Below, piece after piece: positions 48,698 to 61,600 of a DNA stretch of 64,000 bases. The position numbers and the translations under genes were made by a program. Where the stretch lies: assembly GCF_009914755.1 (NCBI RefSeq), contig NC_060938.1; one strand, 5' to 3'. This DNA is from the human T2T-CHM13v2.0 reference genome, Homo sapiens. How positions within the stretch are numbered: position 1 is the first letter of the stretch; the number at the start of each line of letters is the position of its first letter. Under the pieces are notes generated by a model, which saw only the letters and a list, made by a program, of their open reading frames with translations, had not been told where the DNA came from and made no database searches.

Positions 48698-51110
48698 CTG
48701 TAGGTAGAGAGGAGAAGGGAGACTGAGACAGGCCTCCCTGCTCCTGCTTCCCTGAGCTCCGGGCTCTCAGGGAAGGCAGGGGTGGGTGGGCCCCTTCAAT
48801 TGCTGGGTGTGTGTGAGATGGAAGATCGGTGGGGTACAGGAGCCAAGCCTCTGGATCTTTTCGGTCGCTGGACTTCAGCTCTGCCTTAATTACTGTCTCC
48901 AGCCCAATCTGAGTCAAGGTACCTCTCCCTTCTCCAGGAGAATGTTGCCTATGTATGTGTTGTGGGTCTTCCTCCTATTCCCCCAGAGACCAGGTTGATG
49001 GGGAAAACAATCCCCAGCCCACCCTGGTCTGGCTGCCAGGCTGAGGCTGTGGGGATGGAATCTGTTCGCACTGCCTGGCTCTGCACGGGCCCCTCTCTCC
49101 CGGGGTGTGTTGGCCAATGCCCATGCCTTACCTTGAAGGCAGCCTTCCGTTCCCGCCGGTCCCCCACACAAATCTGCCTTCGGGGGTCGTAGGAACCGAA
49201 GATGCGGAGGCACTGCCTATCCCTCTGCACTCTCAGCTGCACCTCTCGGAGTGTATCTGTTCCCCTCCTCATGCTGACCCTGCCCCAGCCGGCCACAGTG
49301 CACAGCGTCCCGGGTCTCAGTCCCTCCTGGGCTCTAGGCAGAGCCACTGGGTTCACGTTTCGATTCCGTCTGACTCTTCTGCTCAGCTGGAGGAAGAATG
49401 TAGGCGTTCCCGCTCAGCTGGGGCCTCCAGCCAAGGCTCGGGGGTCGCTGGTGCAGTACACATCCCATGCCCTCCCCGCCACCCCGGAGCCTTGCCCTCA
49501 CTTCCTCCTCCATTGTCCCCGGACACACTAGGAAGGAGCCAGAGGGCCAGGTAGGTGGTACCTGCAATAACATGATGTCATTCTGGATGGTCCGCTGATT
49601 ATATTGAGGGTGGCGGATGGCTCTGCGCGCAGTGATGTGTTGCTGGGTGTTTTCCCGTCTCTGGATATTGTGGGCGCCCAGGGTGACATTTATATTGCTG
49701 CAAAAGCAAGAGGTAGGTCTGGGCTGCAGGAGCTATGGTCCACCAGCTCTGCAGGGTAGGCAGACAGCACGGGGAGGGCAAGACTGCAGCTAACCAGAAT
49801 CGAGGGGATGGGAGGGCCCTGGGGCTCAGCTGTATCCTCTTTCTCAGCAGCTCTGAGCTAGGGATGACAGGGTGGTACTTGCCTTCAGGTTTGCTTCCCC
49901 AGATTAAGTTGATAAATAGCCTGAGTTTATATTTTGAGCCCCAATATGTGTCTTCCATCTCTTCCTCTTGCTCTTTTTGATCTTATCCTCCTTTCCTCCT
50001 CATTTACACTGGCCTGTTCCCTCCCGCAAAGACTCACTTGGTCTTTCTTTCACCCTTTCATTGCTACAACTCTTCTTTCAGATGGCTCTTCCACCGAAGA
50101 GCTCCGCAGGGCTGTGTTCCTGGCTGGCCAGGAAGTTCCTTAGCTCCTCACCTTCCCCAGCAATGAGCTGCTGTCAGCACAAAGTCTTCTCGCACCAGGA
50201 ACCCTCCACATCTGCTCTGACCTGCTGGACTCTGGATCTGAAGATACGCCATGTAGGGGCGGGAGTGGGGCCTGCTCTCCCGGCCTCCGATGATCTCCCC
50301 TGGAAGGAAGCATTTGGCACTTAGCTCTATGCTTGCTGAACCTGCAATGTGGGTACCAGATTGGTGGCTCCAGAAAGGCTGGAAGATGGGGACGGCAGGA
50401 GAGAGGGTGCAGGAGAGGGAGGAGATGGTGCTGAGGCTTGGAGTCTATGGGGCAGCAGATTGGGAGGGGGCTCCAGGGTTCTACAGGAAACACTGCTGTC
50501 TTGAAAGGAGCCCTTTTCCCCATCCTAGGCCTCACCTCCCTCCTCCTCTCCAAAAGAGGGAGAACAACCCTTGTTCCAGGCAAGGCCAGCTTCAGCCTCA
50601 GGTATTGAGGAGAATGCTTTGCTGTAAGTACAGGATTGTTCCTGAAGTTCCCTTATACTTTTATCCTCATGGAGCTTCCCAGAGCCCTCTGAGTCCAATT
50701 CAAGACCACGTGGGACTGGTGTTTAAAAATCTAGACATGAGCTGATGGTACTGTTATTGCTGTATTCTTACCTCCTAGGTAGGGTCTGACACATGCTGCC
50801 AAATTATTTACACAAAGCATGTTTTTATAGCACTTATAGTGTGCGGGCAATTCCAAGACATTTAAATACTCTAACTTATTTAACTCTCATGGCAACTCTG
50901 CAAGATCGGTATTAATATTATTCTCATTTTATAGATGAGGAAACACAAATTCAAATAACTTGCTCAACAGTACAGAATTAGGATATACCAAGGCAATTTG
51001 GCTCAAGAATCTATGGGATGAGGTCAGGCCTCTGAGGGTGGGGATGGTCACTCACCTGCCTCAGCCCCAGTGGGTAGGAGAAAGGCCAGCAGAAGCAGGA
51101 GTGGCTGCAT
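48524..51110 (-). CDS. CTSG: Cathepsin G preproprotein, 255 aa; spliced CDS join(51110-51056, 50299-50152, 49697-49562, 49386-49132, 48697-48524)
   Basis: Exon lengths 55+148+136+255+174 = 768 nt, all introns GT..AG. Translation [38 protein letters not shown]...TAAHCWG...[18 protein letters not shown]...[13 protein letters not shown]...[34 protein letters not shown]. His64 at 50163-50165, Asp108 at 49577-49579, Ser201 at 48689-48691. Confidence 0.99.
49132..49386 (-). CDS. CTSG: CTSG exon 4
   Basis: Encodes [85 protein letters not shown]; donor GTAAG; codon 125 is AAC (Asn) at 49353-49351. Confidence 0.98.
49562..49697 (-). CDS. CTSG: CTSG exon 3 (N-glycosylation sequon NVT, catalytic Asp)
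   Basis: Acceptor cttttgcag; encodes [46 protein letters not shown]; donor GTACC. Confidence 0.98.
50152..50299 (-). CDS. CTSG: CTSG exon 2 (GE propeptide, IIGG mature N-terminus, catalytic His)
   Basis: Acceptor ttccttccag; encodes [49 protein letters not shown]; donor GTGAG. Confidence 0.98.
50815..51010 (-). mobile_element. MIR in CTSG intron 1
   Basis: MIR core cattttatagatgaggaaac and aacttgctcaa. Confidence 0.8.
51056..51110 (-). CDS. CTSG: CTSG exon 1 coding part (signal peptide)
   Basis: ATG at 51110-51108; [18 protein letters not shown] plus 1 nt; donor GTGAGT at 51055-51050. Confidence 0.98.
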
Positions 51111-51630
51111 CTTTCCTGAAAGGCTGCCCAGTCAGTTGCTGCTGTGCTTCCTCCTCCTAGACTTTAAGGCCCTGAGAGAGGAAGGAAGGGGTGGGGACAG
51201 GGGATTGAGAATTCACAGTCCCATTCTCCTGCTACCATGAAAGGTTTCATCACCCAAGGCTGCTCAGGAAGTTTGCCCACAAACTGCCGGAGATGTGGGT
51301 GAGACCGTGTAATCCAAGCCAACATAGTGAGCTCTTGAGCAGCTGCTAAGTCAGTGCCGAGAGCAGAAATAGGAACCCAGCACAACAAGGAAGGGGCTTG
51401 GGGCATTGTGTCCAGAACCCTCAACCCATCAAATTCCAGAATACTCCAGCAAAGCAAGAAAGCTGGCAGCTGCCCACTTCCTGTTTTCTACTCCTCTGGG
51501 ATTAGATCATTATTGCTTTTGAATTTCTGGGTTTCTCCTAATGAATGCAAGTTCCCTGGATTGCTTATCTGTATATACTTAATAAGTCTGGGACAAGGAT
51601 GAATGAAAGGGTGTGGTGTGGTGAGGGATG
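51111..51630 (-). promoter_or_regulatory. CTSG 5' UTR and proximal promoter
   Basis: Non-repetitive DNA directly upstream of the ATG. TATA-like TTAAA at 51167-51163; CAACTG (MYB/E-box) at 51138-51133; ETS cores CAGGAAGT at 51265-51272 and AACAGGAAGTG (minus) at 51475-51485; overlapping TGTGGT RUNX sites at 51612-51622. TSS cannot be fixed from sequence alone. Confidence 0.7.
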
Positions 51631-52344
51631 TGGGTAAGAACATCAGGAAAAAGTTGAAGGGGGCAGAAGAGGAAAGGGTAAGCCTGCCTGCTTTCAGTGT
51701 TTGGCCCAAGACCACCCTGCTGAGACCCCTGTTGCTCTAATTTCTTTCTAGAAGCTGTCAAGTCAGATTGCGTAGGCACTCTCCTGAGTAGGTGAAGCGT
51801 GCGGCTGGAGAAAGAAAAGGAAGAACAAGGCTCTGACAATCACAATTACTTTCTTAGGTCACTTGAGTCCTCAGTGAAAATTGTGACACAATTGAAGACT
51901 TCTGCTTGCCTGTCTCCTACCCAAGGTTAAAGTCCTTATGTTCCAGACGGCTCCTTGCTTGCAGAAAAGGCTTAGTAATTTGGTTTTATTGGGAGCTGTC
52001 GTATCCTAGCTGGAAAATATCTAATATCCCATTTCACTGGTGACATTAGAGGCCCATCAACCTAATCCCAGGAGCAAAAGCTTCTGAGAAGGAGGTACAT
52101 TCATTGCTGTGCTACCTATAAAAGAATTAGAGCCGCATACTCAACAATGGGAGAAAAGAACAGCAAATTACTGCAGAGTAACACAATGGATTATTAAAAA
52201 CACTTAAAATATTTAGAAGATTCTGTGTATGCACAGAAAACCGTTATAATCCAGTATAATTTTTGCAGAAATAGCAGAATTGAAGACTAATACAATTCCC
52301 AATCTCTTTTTTTCTGTCTTTTATTTTGAAAATCTTTTACTTAG

Positions 52345-53061
52345 GTATTTATTTTTAACTTTTATTTTAGGTTTGGGGGTACATGTGAAGGTTTGTTACA
52401 TAGGTAAACACATGTTACGGGGATTTGTTGTACATATTTATCACCCAGATATTAAGCCCAGCACTCAATAGTTATCTTTTCTGCTCCTCTCCCTCCTCTT
52501 ACCCCACTGTCTGTTGTTTTCTTCTTTGTGTTCACAGTTCTTATCATTTAGCTCCCACTTATAAGTGAGAACATGTATTATTTGGTTTCCTGCATTAGTT
52601 TGCTAACTAACATGTATTATTTGGTTTCCTGCATTAGTTTGCTAATAGCCTCCTGCTCCACCCATGTCCCTGCAAAGGTCATGAGTCCATTCTTTTTTAT
52701 GACTGCATATGTATATGTACCACAATGTATATGTACCACATTTTCCTTATCTGGTCTATTGACGGGCAGTTAGATTGATTCCGTGTCTTTGCTTTTGTGA
52801 ATAGTGCTGCCGTGAACATTTGCGTGCATGTGTCTTTATGGTAGAATGATTTATATTCCTCTGGGTAAATATCCAGTGATGGGATTGCTGGGTCGAATGG
52901 TAGTTCTGCTTTTAGCTCTTTGAAGAATCACCATACTGCTTTCCACAATGGTTGAACTGCTCCCACCAACAGTGTATAAGTGTTCTCTTTTGTCTGCAAC
53001 TTTGCCAGCATCTGTTATTTTTTGGCTGTTTAGTAATAGCCATTCTGATTGGTGTGAGATA
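52345..53061 (-). mobile_element. Older L1PA/L1PB 3' fragment
   Basis: Antisense 3' UTR (ggtacatgtgaaggtttgttacataggtaaac) running into the ORF2 end. Confidence 0.85.
52570..52645. repeat. Tandem duplication, period 39 bp, 37 bp identical
   Basis: aacatgtattatttggtttcctgcattagtttgctaa at 52570 and 52609. Confidence 0.95.
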
Positions 53062-55329
53062 CAATTCCCAGTCTTTATGGAGTATAATAGGCCCTCTTGA
53101 AAATCTCATGAAAATTAGGGTTCCTTTCCTTATACATAAATATATAATTTTTTCACTTATTTTTAGAGCTGCACAGAGCTTAACCTCTTCTCTTGTACAG
53201 GCTCTATAAAACGTCTTTATGCATCTGAAAAGTAACGTGAAGAAGAAGGGAGCAAAGAGAGAATAGTATAGCACCTTTATTAGTGCCTTAGCATTTGGCA
53301 TAATTTAATTTATTAAAAATTTTCAACATTTTGTTTTGTTTTAAAAATGTTAGTTTAACTTAAAAATAGAAGAAAGGGATAAAGAAAAACCTGCACATAT
53401 GAAAAAAAAGGAGTAAAATATATGCATTCACTCATGTAATAAAGATTGATTAGGAAATTTCATTAATAGTGACCTAGAATTTCATGCAATCTTCTCATTA
53501 AAAGTAATCAAAGCTATTTAAGATATCTAAAAAGCTTACAAACCTCGAAGAACTACCAGCATTGAAGTGACTATCAGATCAAGTTGAAGGAATAATGAGA
53601 GTCTAGTTAGGAAGCTGCTATTGTTCCAAGGGAATGTGCTGAATCCACAAAATTTCAACTTTTGTTTTTGATGACCACATTAAGGAGAAATCTGTAGAAA
53701 ATATTTAAAGTATGCTATATAGTTTCTTCTGAAGAACGGATGCTACCCTTCCCTTTATGGGACTAGCATAACCTCCATGCCAAACCCAATAGAGACAATA
53801 TAGAAATGAAACATTATAGGTCAATAAACTTTTGAATATTGATGCAAACCAAATCAATCAATAAGCAAATAGATATTAATATATCATAAGTAATTTGGGT
53901 TTATTCTAGGAACACATAGTTGACTTTTCATTTGAAAAGCAAAATTGCTGTAACACATCATATGAACTGACTAAAGAAGAAACATCATGTGATTATTTAA
54001 TTGAAACAATGAAGGCCTAAAATTTACCCTTATTTACTTAAAAAATACTCTTAGCAGACTAGGAATAAAAAGAGTGTCTTTAATCTGATAGAAGTTATCA
54101 CAAAATTCCCACAGCAATCATTATACCTAATGGAAAAGTGTTAAAACCTTTTTTTGAGAGCAAAACATTACAATAATGCCTGAATACAAATTATTATCAG
54201 TTCTGTTCAACAAACAGTACATTAGCAGTTTTAGCCAGTGCAGTTAGGTAGGAAATGGAAATGAAAGGTATAAAGACAGGAAAAGAGAAAACAAAATTGT
54301 AATGATTTGAGGAAGTGATAGTATACGTAGACAATCCAAAATCATCTACAGGTAAATTACCATAATTAATAAGAGTTTTACAGATTTGCTAGAAAAAATC
54401 AATTTAAAAATTAATCATATTTCTACATGTACTGCAACACTGTTAGAAAGAAATTTTTAGAAAGTAATACTTAAATGGCATGGAAATGATCAAATAACTA
54501 AATGTAAATCTAAAAGAATATGTGAAAGACCTCCTTGGTGAAAATTATAAAACTGAATGAAGAGACATTCAAGAAGACCTAAACATGAAGAGATTCCATG
54601 TTCATAGATTGGAAGAAGACTAAATATTGTAAAAATGTCAGCTCTCCCAAAATTGATCTATATAGATTCATTGCACCGAGCGGTATTTTATAGAACTTAA
54701 CTGATTGTAAGTATATTTGGAAAACAAAAGGCTAATGATAGCCAGGTCACCATTAGAGAATGAGAATAAGATGGAAGACTTGCTTTTGCAAACAAAGCCA
54801 TGGGAATGAAGATAGCGTGGTATTGATGAGGCATAGAAACATGGACTAATGGACCAGAAATAAGGACTCCACACGCATGTGGACGCTGACATACACATGG
54901 ATGGATTGATTTATGATGGATGTTGCATCTTTCATCATAATAGGGAAAAGACTATTTTCTTTTTTTATCCCCAATAAATGGTACTGGGATAATAAATTGC
55001 CTTTATGGTGTCCTATAGAGACAAATATTTTCTATGTGGAAAAATAAAACTTGACCTTCTTCTCCCAAAATATCAAAAAACCTATTCTAGGTAGATTATG
55101 GATCCAAGTAGGAATAATGATTTGAATATATAATGGAAGAATATCTTCATGATAGGTAAAGATTTTAGTACTGTATATAAAGTACTAATAATGAAGAAAA
55201 GGACTGATGAATTTGACACATCTAAATTGAGAGAAACAAAAGACCATTCATGGAGTAGGCAAAGATGCTTGAAATACACATAAGCAACAAAGGGCTTATA
55301 TTCAAATTACATAAAGAACTCAGAAATCT

Positions 55330-55620
55330 GGCCAGGTGCAGTGGCTCACCCATGTCCCAGCACTTTGGGAGACCGAGGCGGGTCGATCACTTGAGGTCAG
55401 GAGTTGGAGACCAGCCTGACCAACATGGTGAAAACCTGTCTCTACTAGGAACATACACAAAAAAATTAGCCAGGATGGTGGCACATACTTGTAACTTCAG
55501 CTACTCGGAAGGCTGAGGCAGGAGAATCGCTTGGGGAACTGGGGAGGCTGAGGTTGCTGTAAGTGGAGATTGCCTCACTGGGCAACAAAGTGAGACTCTC
55601 AAAACAAAACAAAACAAAAA
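55330..55620 (+). mobile_element. AluS
   Basis: gatcacttgaggtcaggagtt..agaccagcctgaccaacatgg; (CAAAA)n tail. Confidence 0.88.
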
Positions 55621-55772
55621 CTTGCAATGAAGAAGACAATTAACTTAATAAAACAATAGCCAAAAGACTTGAACAGTTTTATCTCAAAACAGGAAATCGA
55701 AGTGGTCAATAAACATGAAAAAGTGTTACTCTGACTAGATATTAGAGAAGCACCCATTTGAAGCACAATGAA

Positions 55773-56003
55773 GGCCACGTATGGTGGCTCATGCCTGTAA
55801 TCCCAGCACTTTGGGAGGCCAAGGTGAGGGGATCACTTGAGCCCAAGAGTTCGAGACTGTGTGTGATGGCATGTGCCTGTAGTCCCAGCTACTTGGAAGG
55901 CTGAAGTGGGAGTTGAGGCTGCAGTGAGCCATGATTGTGCCATTGCATTCCAGCCTGGGTGACAAGACAAGACCCTGTCTCAAGGAAAGAAAAAAGAAAA
56001 AAG
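55773..56003 (+). mobile_element. AluJ with internal deletion
   Basis: gatcacttgagcccaagagttcgag and gctgcagtgagccatgattg. Confidence 0.85.
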
Positions 56004-56355
56004 TGCAATAACAGTTGCAGCTACCATGTTGGCTCTTTTCCCAATCCTAGGTATATACCCTAGAGAAACATCGGGTGCAAATTTCTACCAGATACATGTC
56101 CAAGAAGGTCATAGCAGCATGTTCAAGATAGCCTCAAACTGGAAACACTTCGAAGGTCCACTAACAGCAGCATGAATAATCAAATTGTAGTATATTCATA
56201 TAATGGAATATTGCATAGCCATAAAAATAAAACTCTTCCTTCATGCAGCTATGCAAATGAATCTTACAAGCATAAGTTAAAAGAACCCAAGAAGACAACT
56301 TTAATTTTATTTATATAAAGTTCAAAACTAGGCAAAATGAAACTATACTGGATAG

Positions 56356-56448
56356 AAATACATACATACATATACATATATATACATATATATGTATATA
56401 TGTATATATGTATATATATACATGTACCATATATATATGTATATATAT
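56356..56448. repeat. (TA/CATA/TATG)n low-complexity repeat
   Basis: Directly visible in the sequence. Confidence 0.9.
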
Positions 56449-57629
56449 GGTAAATGTATAATGAAAAGCAAGGAAATAGTTATCACCAAAGTCAGAATAG
56501 TAGTTAACTCTGGAATTGGAGGACAGAGAGAGCATTTTGAGTAGGAAGAAACATATGGCAGATTTCAGTAGTGTTGAACAAACCCAATTTCCCGACATAA
56601 AATGTAGTGTTTAACTTATAATTATTCTTTAAACTCTCCATTTATGTTTTATCAACTTCTCTTGTGTGTATATTTTGTAATACATTTAAAAAAAAATCTG
56701 ATTGCCAGAGGATGGGGATTAGAGAGAACATTCAGATGGAGAGGGGAATATATATGAGTAGAGTGGGGCACATACTTTTAATTTATTTTTTATTTTAATA
56801 AAAATTGTAATATTTGAACAAAAAGACCAATATGTTTCACAATATCTATAGCTGGTTACATCTGCTTTTGACTGTTTTATTACATTTCCGTCAGTTATAA
56901 TTTTTTTCTCCTCTGGGATGTTGGGACATTAATGTAGGACGTTTTCCACCTCCTCCCTGGGCCCCATAAGCCGCGGACAATGCAAATCCTCTGAGAAGGC
57001 AGTTGCCAGTTGTTGCTGGGTCAAATCCCCCTCATTTCCTCTGATGCTACTCTAGTCAGTAACCAATCTAGTTCCTCTTGGCTTTGTAGGAGACCAGCAT
57101 AGTACTGAGTCACTCCAGACCCTCAGAGCTACCTTAAAATCACTCTTAAAAGGACATTTTGGAAGCTCCTTGGGAAGTTCCCACTGATGAACTTGTGATT
57201 GCTTTATTAAGTGTCGGTGCTGAGAGAGGGCTGTGCCAGAGTCATTGTCTTCCAACCACAGTTGTCTTCAGGGAGCCAGATGCTTTCTTGCCAAGAACTG
57301 GCCTGTGTTGTCATTTTTGTAGGAAAGAAAAGGTGACAAAGGAAAGAGTGAACCCCTCAGAGGGTCCTGAAATGCATACTTTGCTGTAGCAAAATCACTG
57401 GGAGTTGATTAAAATCTTCTCATCAGAGTAGTTAGAGGGAAACAGGCAATGCACAAGCCCTGGCTATGGCAGAGAAAGATTTGAAAAAAGATTCAAGGTC
57501 TTTCATGTTTCCTGGCAGAAAGGCTTACTTCTAAGATTGAGCAGTGCCTCTGAGATCCTGGGTAGATGTGAGAAAGGTAAAGGTGATATTTGTGTGTGTG
57601 TGTGTGTGTGAATGTATATATGTAATTTT

Positions 57630-58697
57630 TTTCCTTATCAATTCATCCATTGGTGAACATTTAGGTTGATTACATATCTTTGCTACTGTGGGTAGTGCTG
57701 CATAAACATGGAAGTGCAGGTATCCCTTTGATATACTGATTTCCTTTCATTTGGATAAATACCCAGTAGTGGAAATGCTGGATCATGTGGTGGCTCTATT
57801 TTTTTTTTTTTTGGTGAAACCTCCATACTGTTTTCCATAATTGCTGTACTAATTTATATTCCCACCAACAGTGAATAACAGTTTCCTTTTCTCTGCATCC
57901 TCACCAGCATTCCTTATATTTTGTCTTTTTGATAATAGCATTATAACTGACATCAGATTATATCTCACTGTGGTTTTGATTTGCATTTTCCTGATAATTA
58001 ATGATGTTGAACACTTTTTCATATCTCTGTTGGCCATTTTCTGTTAAGAAATGTCTATTCCTATCCTTTGCCCTTTTCATAGGATTATTATTATTATTAT
58101 TATTTTGCTGTTGATTTTTTTGAGCTCCTTGTATATTCTGGATATTAGTCCCTTGTTGGATGAATAGTTTGCAAATATTTTCTCCAATTTTACAGGTTGT
58201 CTTTTATTCTGTTGTTTCCTTTGCTGTGTAGAGCTTTTATTTTAATATAGTCTATTTTGTCTATGTTTGTTTTTGTTGCCTGTGCTTTTGTGGTCTTAAC
58301 CATAAAATCTTTGCCTAGATTGAAGTCCTGAAGCATTACTCCTATGTTTTTTTCTAGCAGTTTTGTATTTGGGCCTTACATTTAACGCTTTAATACATTT
58401 CGAGTTGGTTTTTGTATATGGAAAGAGATTGGGATCTAGTTTCATTCTTCTGCATATGGATAGCTGGTTTTGCCAGAATCATTCATTGAGGAGGGTGACA
58501 TTTTCCCAATGTATGCTCTTGGCAACTCTGTCAAAAATCAGCTGGCTGTGAATACATGGATTTATTTCTGGGTTCTCTATTATGTTTCATTAGTTTAAAT
58601 GTCTGTTTAAATGCCAGTGCCATGCTGATTTGGTTACTATAGCTTTGTAGTATATTTTGAAGTCAAGTAGTGTGATGCCTCCAGCTTTGCTCTTTTT
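57630..58697 (-). mobile_element. Older L1 (L1MA/PB) ORF2 fragment, resuming at 62731-62945
   Basis: Antisense ORF2 C-terminal sequence split by the younger L1. Confidence 0.85.
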
Positions 58698-61600
58698 TTT
58701 AATTTTTTTAAATTATACTTTAAGTTTTAGGGTACATGTGCACAATGTGCAGGTTTGTTACATGTATATACATGTGCCATGTTGGTGTGCTGCACCCATT
58801 AACTTGTCATTTAACATTAGGTATATCTCCTAATGCTATCCCTCCCCACTCCCAGCACCCCACAACAGGCCCCGGTGTGTGATGTTCCCCTTCCTGTGTC
58901 CATGTGTTCTCATTGTTCAATTCCCGCTTATGAGTGAGAACATGTGGTGTTTGGTTTTTTGTCCTTGCGATGGTTTGCTGAGAATGATGGTTTCCAGCTT
59001 TATCCGTGTCCCTACAATGGACATGAACTCATCATTTTTTATGGCTGCATAGTATTCCATGGTGTATATGTGCCACATTTTCTTAATCCAGTCTATCATT
59101 GTTGGACATTTGGATTGGTTCCAAGTCTTTGCTATTGTGAATAGTGCCGCAATAAACATACGTGTGCATGTGTCTTTATAGCAGCATGATTTATAATCCT
59201 TTGGGATATACCCAGTAATGGCATGGCTGGGTCAAATGGTATTTCTAGTTCTGGATCCCTGAGGAATCACCACAGTGACTTCCACAATGGTTAAACTAGT
59301 TTACAGTCCCACCAACGGTGTAAAAGTGTTCCTATTTCTCCACATCCTCTCCAGCACCTGTTGTTTCCTGACTTTTTAATGATCGCCATTCTAACTGGTG
59401 TGAGATGGTATCTCATTGTTGTTTTGATTTGCATTTCTCTGATGACCAGTGATGATAAGCATTTTTTCATGTGTCTTTTGGCTGCATAAATGTCTTCTTT
59501 TGAGAAGCGTCTGTTCATATCCTTTGCCCACTTGTTGATGGGGTTGTTTGTTTTTTTCTTGTAAATTTGTTTGAGTTCATTGTAGATTCTGGATATTAGC
59601 CCTTTGTCAGATGAGTAGATTGCAAAAATTTTCTCCCATTCTATAGGTTCTAGTTCTTTTAATTGTGATGTTAGGGTGTCAATTTTGGATCTTTCCTGCT
59701 TTCTCTTGTGGGCTTTTAGTGCTATAAATTTCCCTCTACACACTGCTTTGAATGTGTCCCAGAGATTCTGGTATGTTGTGTCTTTGTTCTCGTTGGTTTC
59801 AAAGAACATCTTTATTTCTGCCTTCATTTCGTTATGTACCCAGTAGTCATTCAGGAGCAGGTTGTTCAGTTTCCATGTAGTTGAGCAGTTTTGAGTGAGT
59901 TTCTTAATCCTGAGTTCTAGTTTGATTGCACTGTGGTCTGAGAGACAGTTTGTTATAATTTCTGTTCTTTTACATTTGCTGAGGAGTGCTTTACTTCCAA
60001 CTATGTGGTCAATTTTGGAATAAGCGTGATGTGGTGCTTAGAAGAATGCATATTCTGTTGATTTGGGGTGGAGAGTTCTGTAGATGTCTATTAGGTCCGC
60101 TTGGTGCAGAGTTGAGTTCAATTCCTGGGTATCCTTTTTAACTTGCTGTCTCGTTGATCTGTCTAATGTTGACAGTGGGGTGTTAAAGTCTCCCATTATT
60201 ACTGTGTGGGAGTCTAAGTCTCTTTGTAAGTCTCTAAGGTCTTGCTTTATGAATCTGGGTGCTCCTGTGTTGGGTGCATATATATTTAAGATAGTTAGCT
60301 CTTCTTGTTGAATTGATCCCTTTACCATTATATAATGGCCTTCTTTGTCTCTTGATCTTTGTTGGTTTAAAGTCTGTTTTATCAGAGACTGGGATTGCAA
60401 CCTCTGCCTTTTTTTGTTTTCCATTTGCTTGGTAGATCTTCCTCCATCCCTTTATTTTGAGCCTTTATGTGTCTCTGCACGTGAGATGGGTTTCCTGAAT
60501 ACAGCACACTGATGGGTCTTGACTCTTTATCCAATTTGCCAGTCTGTGTCCTTTAATTGGAGCATTTAGCCCATTTACAGTTAAGGTTAATATTGTTATT
60601 TGTGAATTTGATCCTGTCATGATATTAGCTGGTCGTTTTGCTCGTTAGTTGATGCAGTTCCTTCCTAGCCTCGATGGTCTTTACAATTTGGCATGTTTTT
60701 GCAGTGACTGGTACTGGTTGTTCCTTTCCATGTTTAGTGCTTCCTTCAGGAGCTCTTTTAGGGCAGGCCTGGTGGTGACAAAATCTCTCAGCATTTGTTT
60801 ATCTGTAAAGTATTTTATTTCTCCTTCACTTATGAAGCTTAGTTTGGCTGGATATGAAATTCTGGGTTGAAAATTCTTTTCTTTAAGAATGTTGAATATT
60901 GGCCCCCACTGTCTTCTGGCTTGTAGAGTTTCTGCCGAGATCAACTGTTTGTCTCATGGGCTTCCCTTTGTGGGTAACCCGACCTTTCTCTCTGGCTGTT
61001 CTTGACATTTTTTCCTTCATTTCAACTTTGGTGAATCTGACAATTATGTGTCTTGGAGTTGCTCTTCTCATTTAGTATCTTTGTGACATTCTCTGTATTT
61101 CCTGAATTTGAATGTTGGCCTGCCTTGCTAGATTGGGAAAGTTCTCCTGGATAATATCCTGCAGAGTGTTTTCCAACTTGGTTCCATTCTCCCCGTCACT
61201 TTCAGGTACACCAATCCGTCGTAGATTGGTCTTTTCACATAGTCCCATATTTCTTGGAGGCTTTTTTTATTTCCTTTTATTCTTTTTTCTCTAAACTTCT
61301 CTTCTCGCTTCATTTCATTTATTTGATCTTCCATCAATGATACCCTTTCTTCCAGTTGATCGAATCGGCTACTGAGGCTTGTGCATTCATCATGTAGTTC
61401 TCGTGCTGTGGTTTTCAGCTCCATCAGGTCCTTTAAGGACTTCTCTGCATTGGTTATTCTAGTTAGCCATTCGTCTAATCTTTTTTCAAGGTTTTTAACT
61501 TCTTTGCCATAGGTTTGAACTTCCTCCTTTAGCTTGGAGTAGTTTGATCATCTGAAGCCTTCTTCTCTCAACTCATCAAACTCATTTTCCATCCAGCTTT

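Larger units (their letters stand above)
53600..56695 (+). mobile_element. Ancient L1M (L1MC/ME-like) ORF2 to 3' end remnant interrupted by two Alus
   Basis: Degenerate ORF2 motifs such as ttccatgttcatagattggaagaagactaaatattgtaaaaatgtc. Confidence 0.7.

Noticed and set aside
48669-50745. Many 70-150 aa ORFs overlapping CTSG on both strands (e.g. 49105-49554, 50140-50583, 50290-50745)
   Set aside because: Shadow or alternate frames of GC-rich exons and introns with no recognisable domains.
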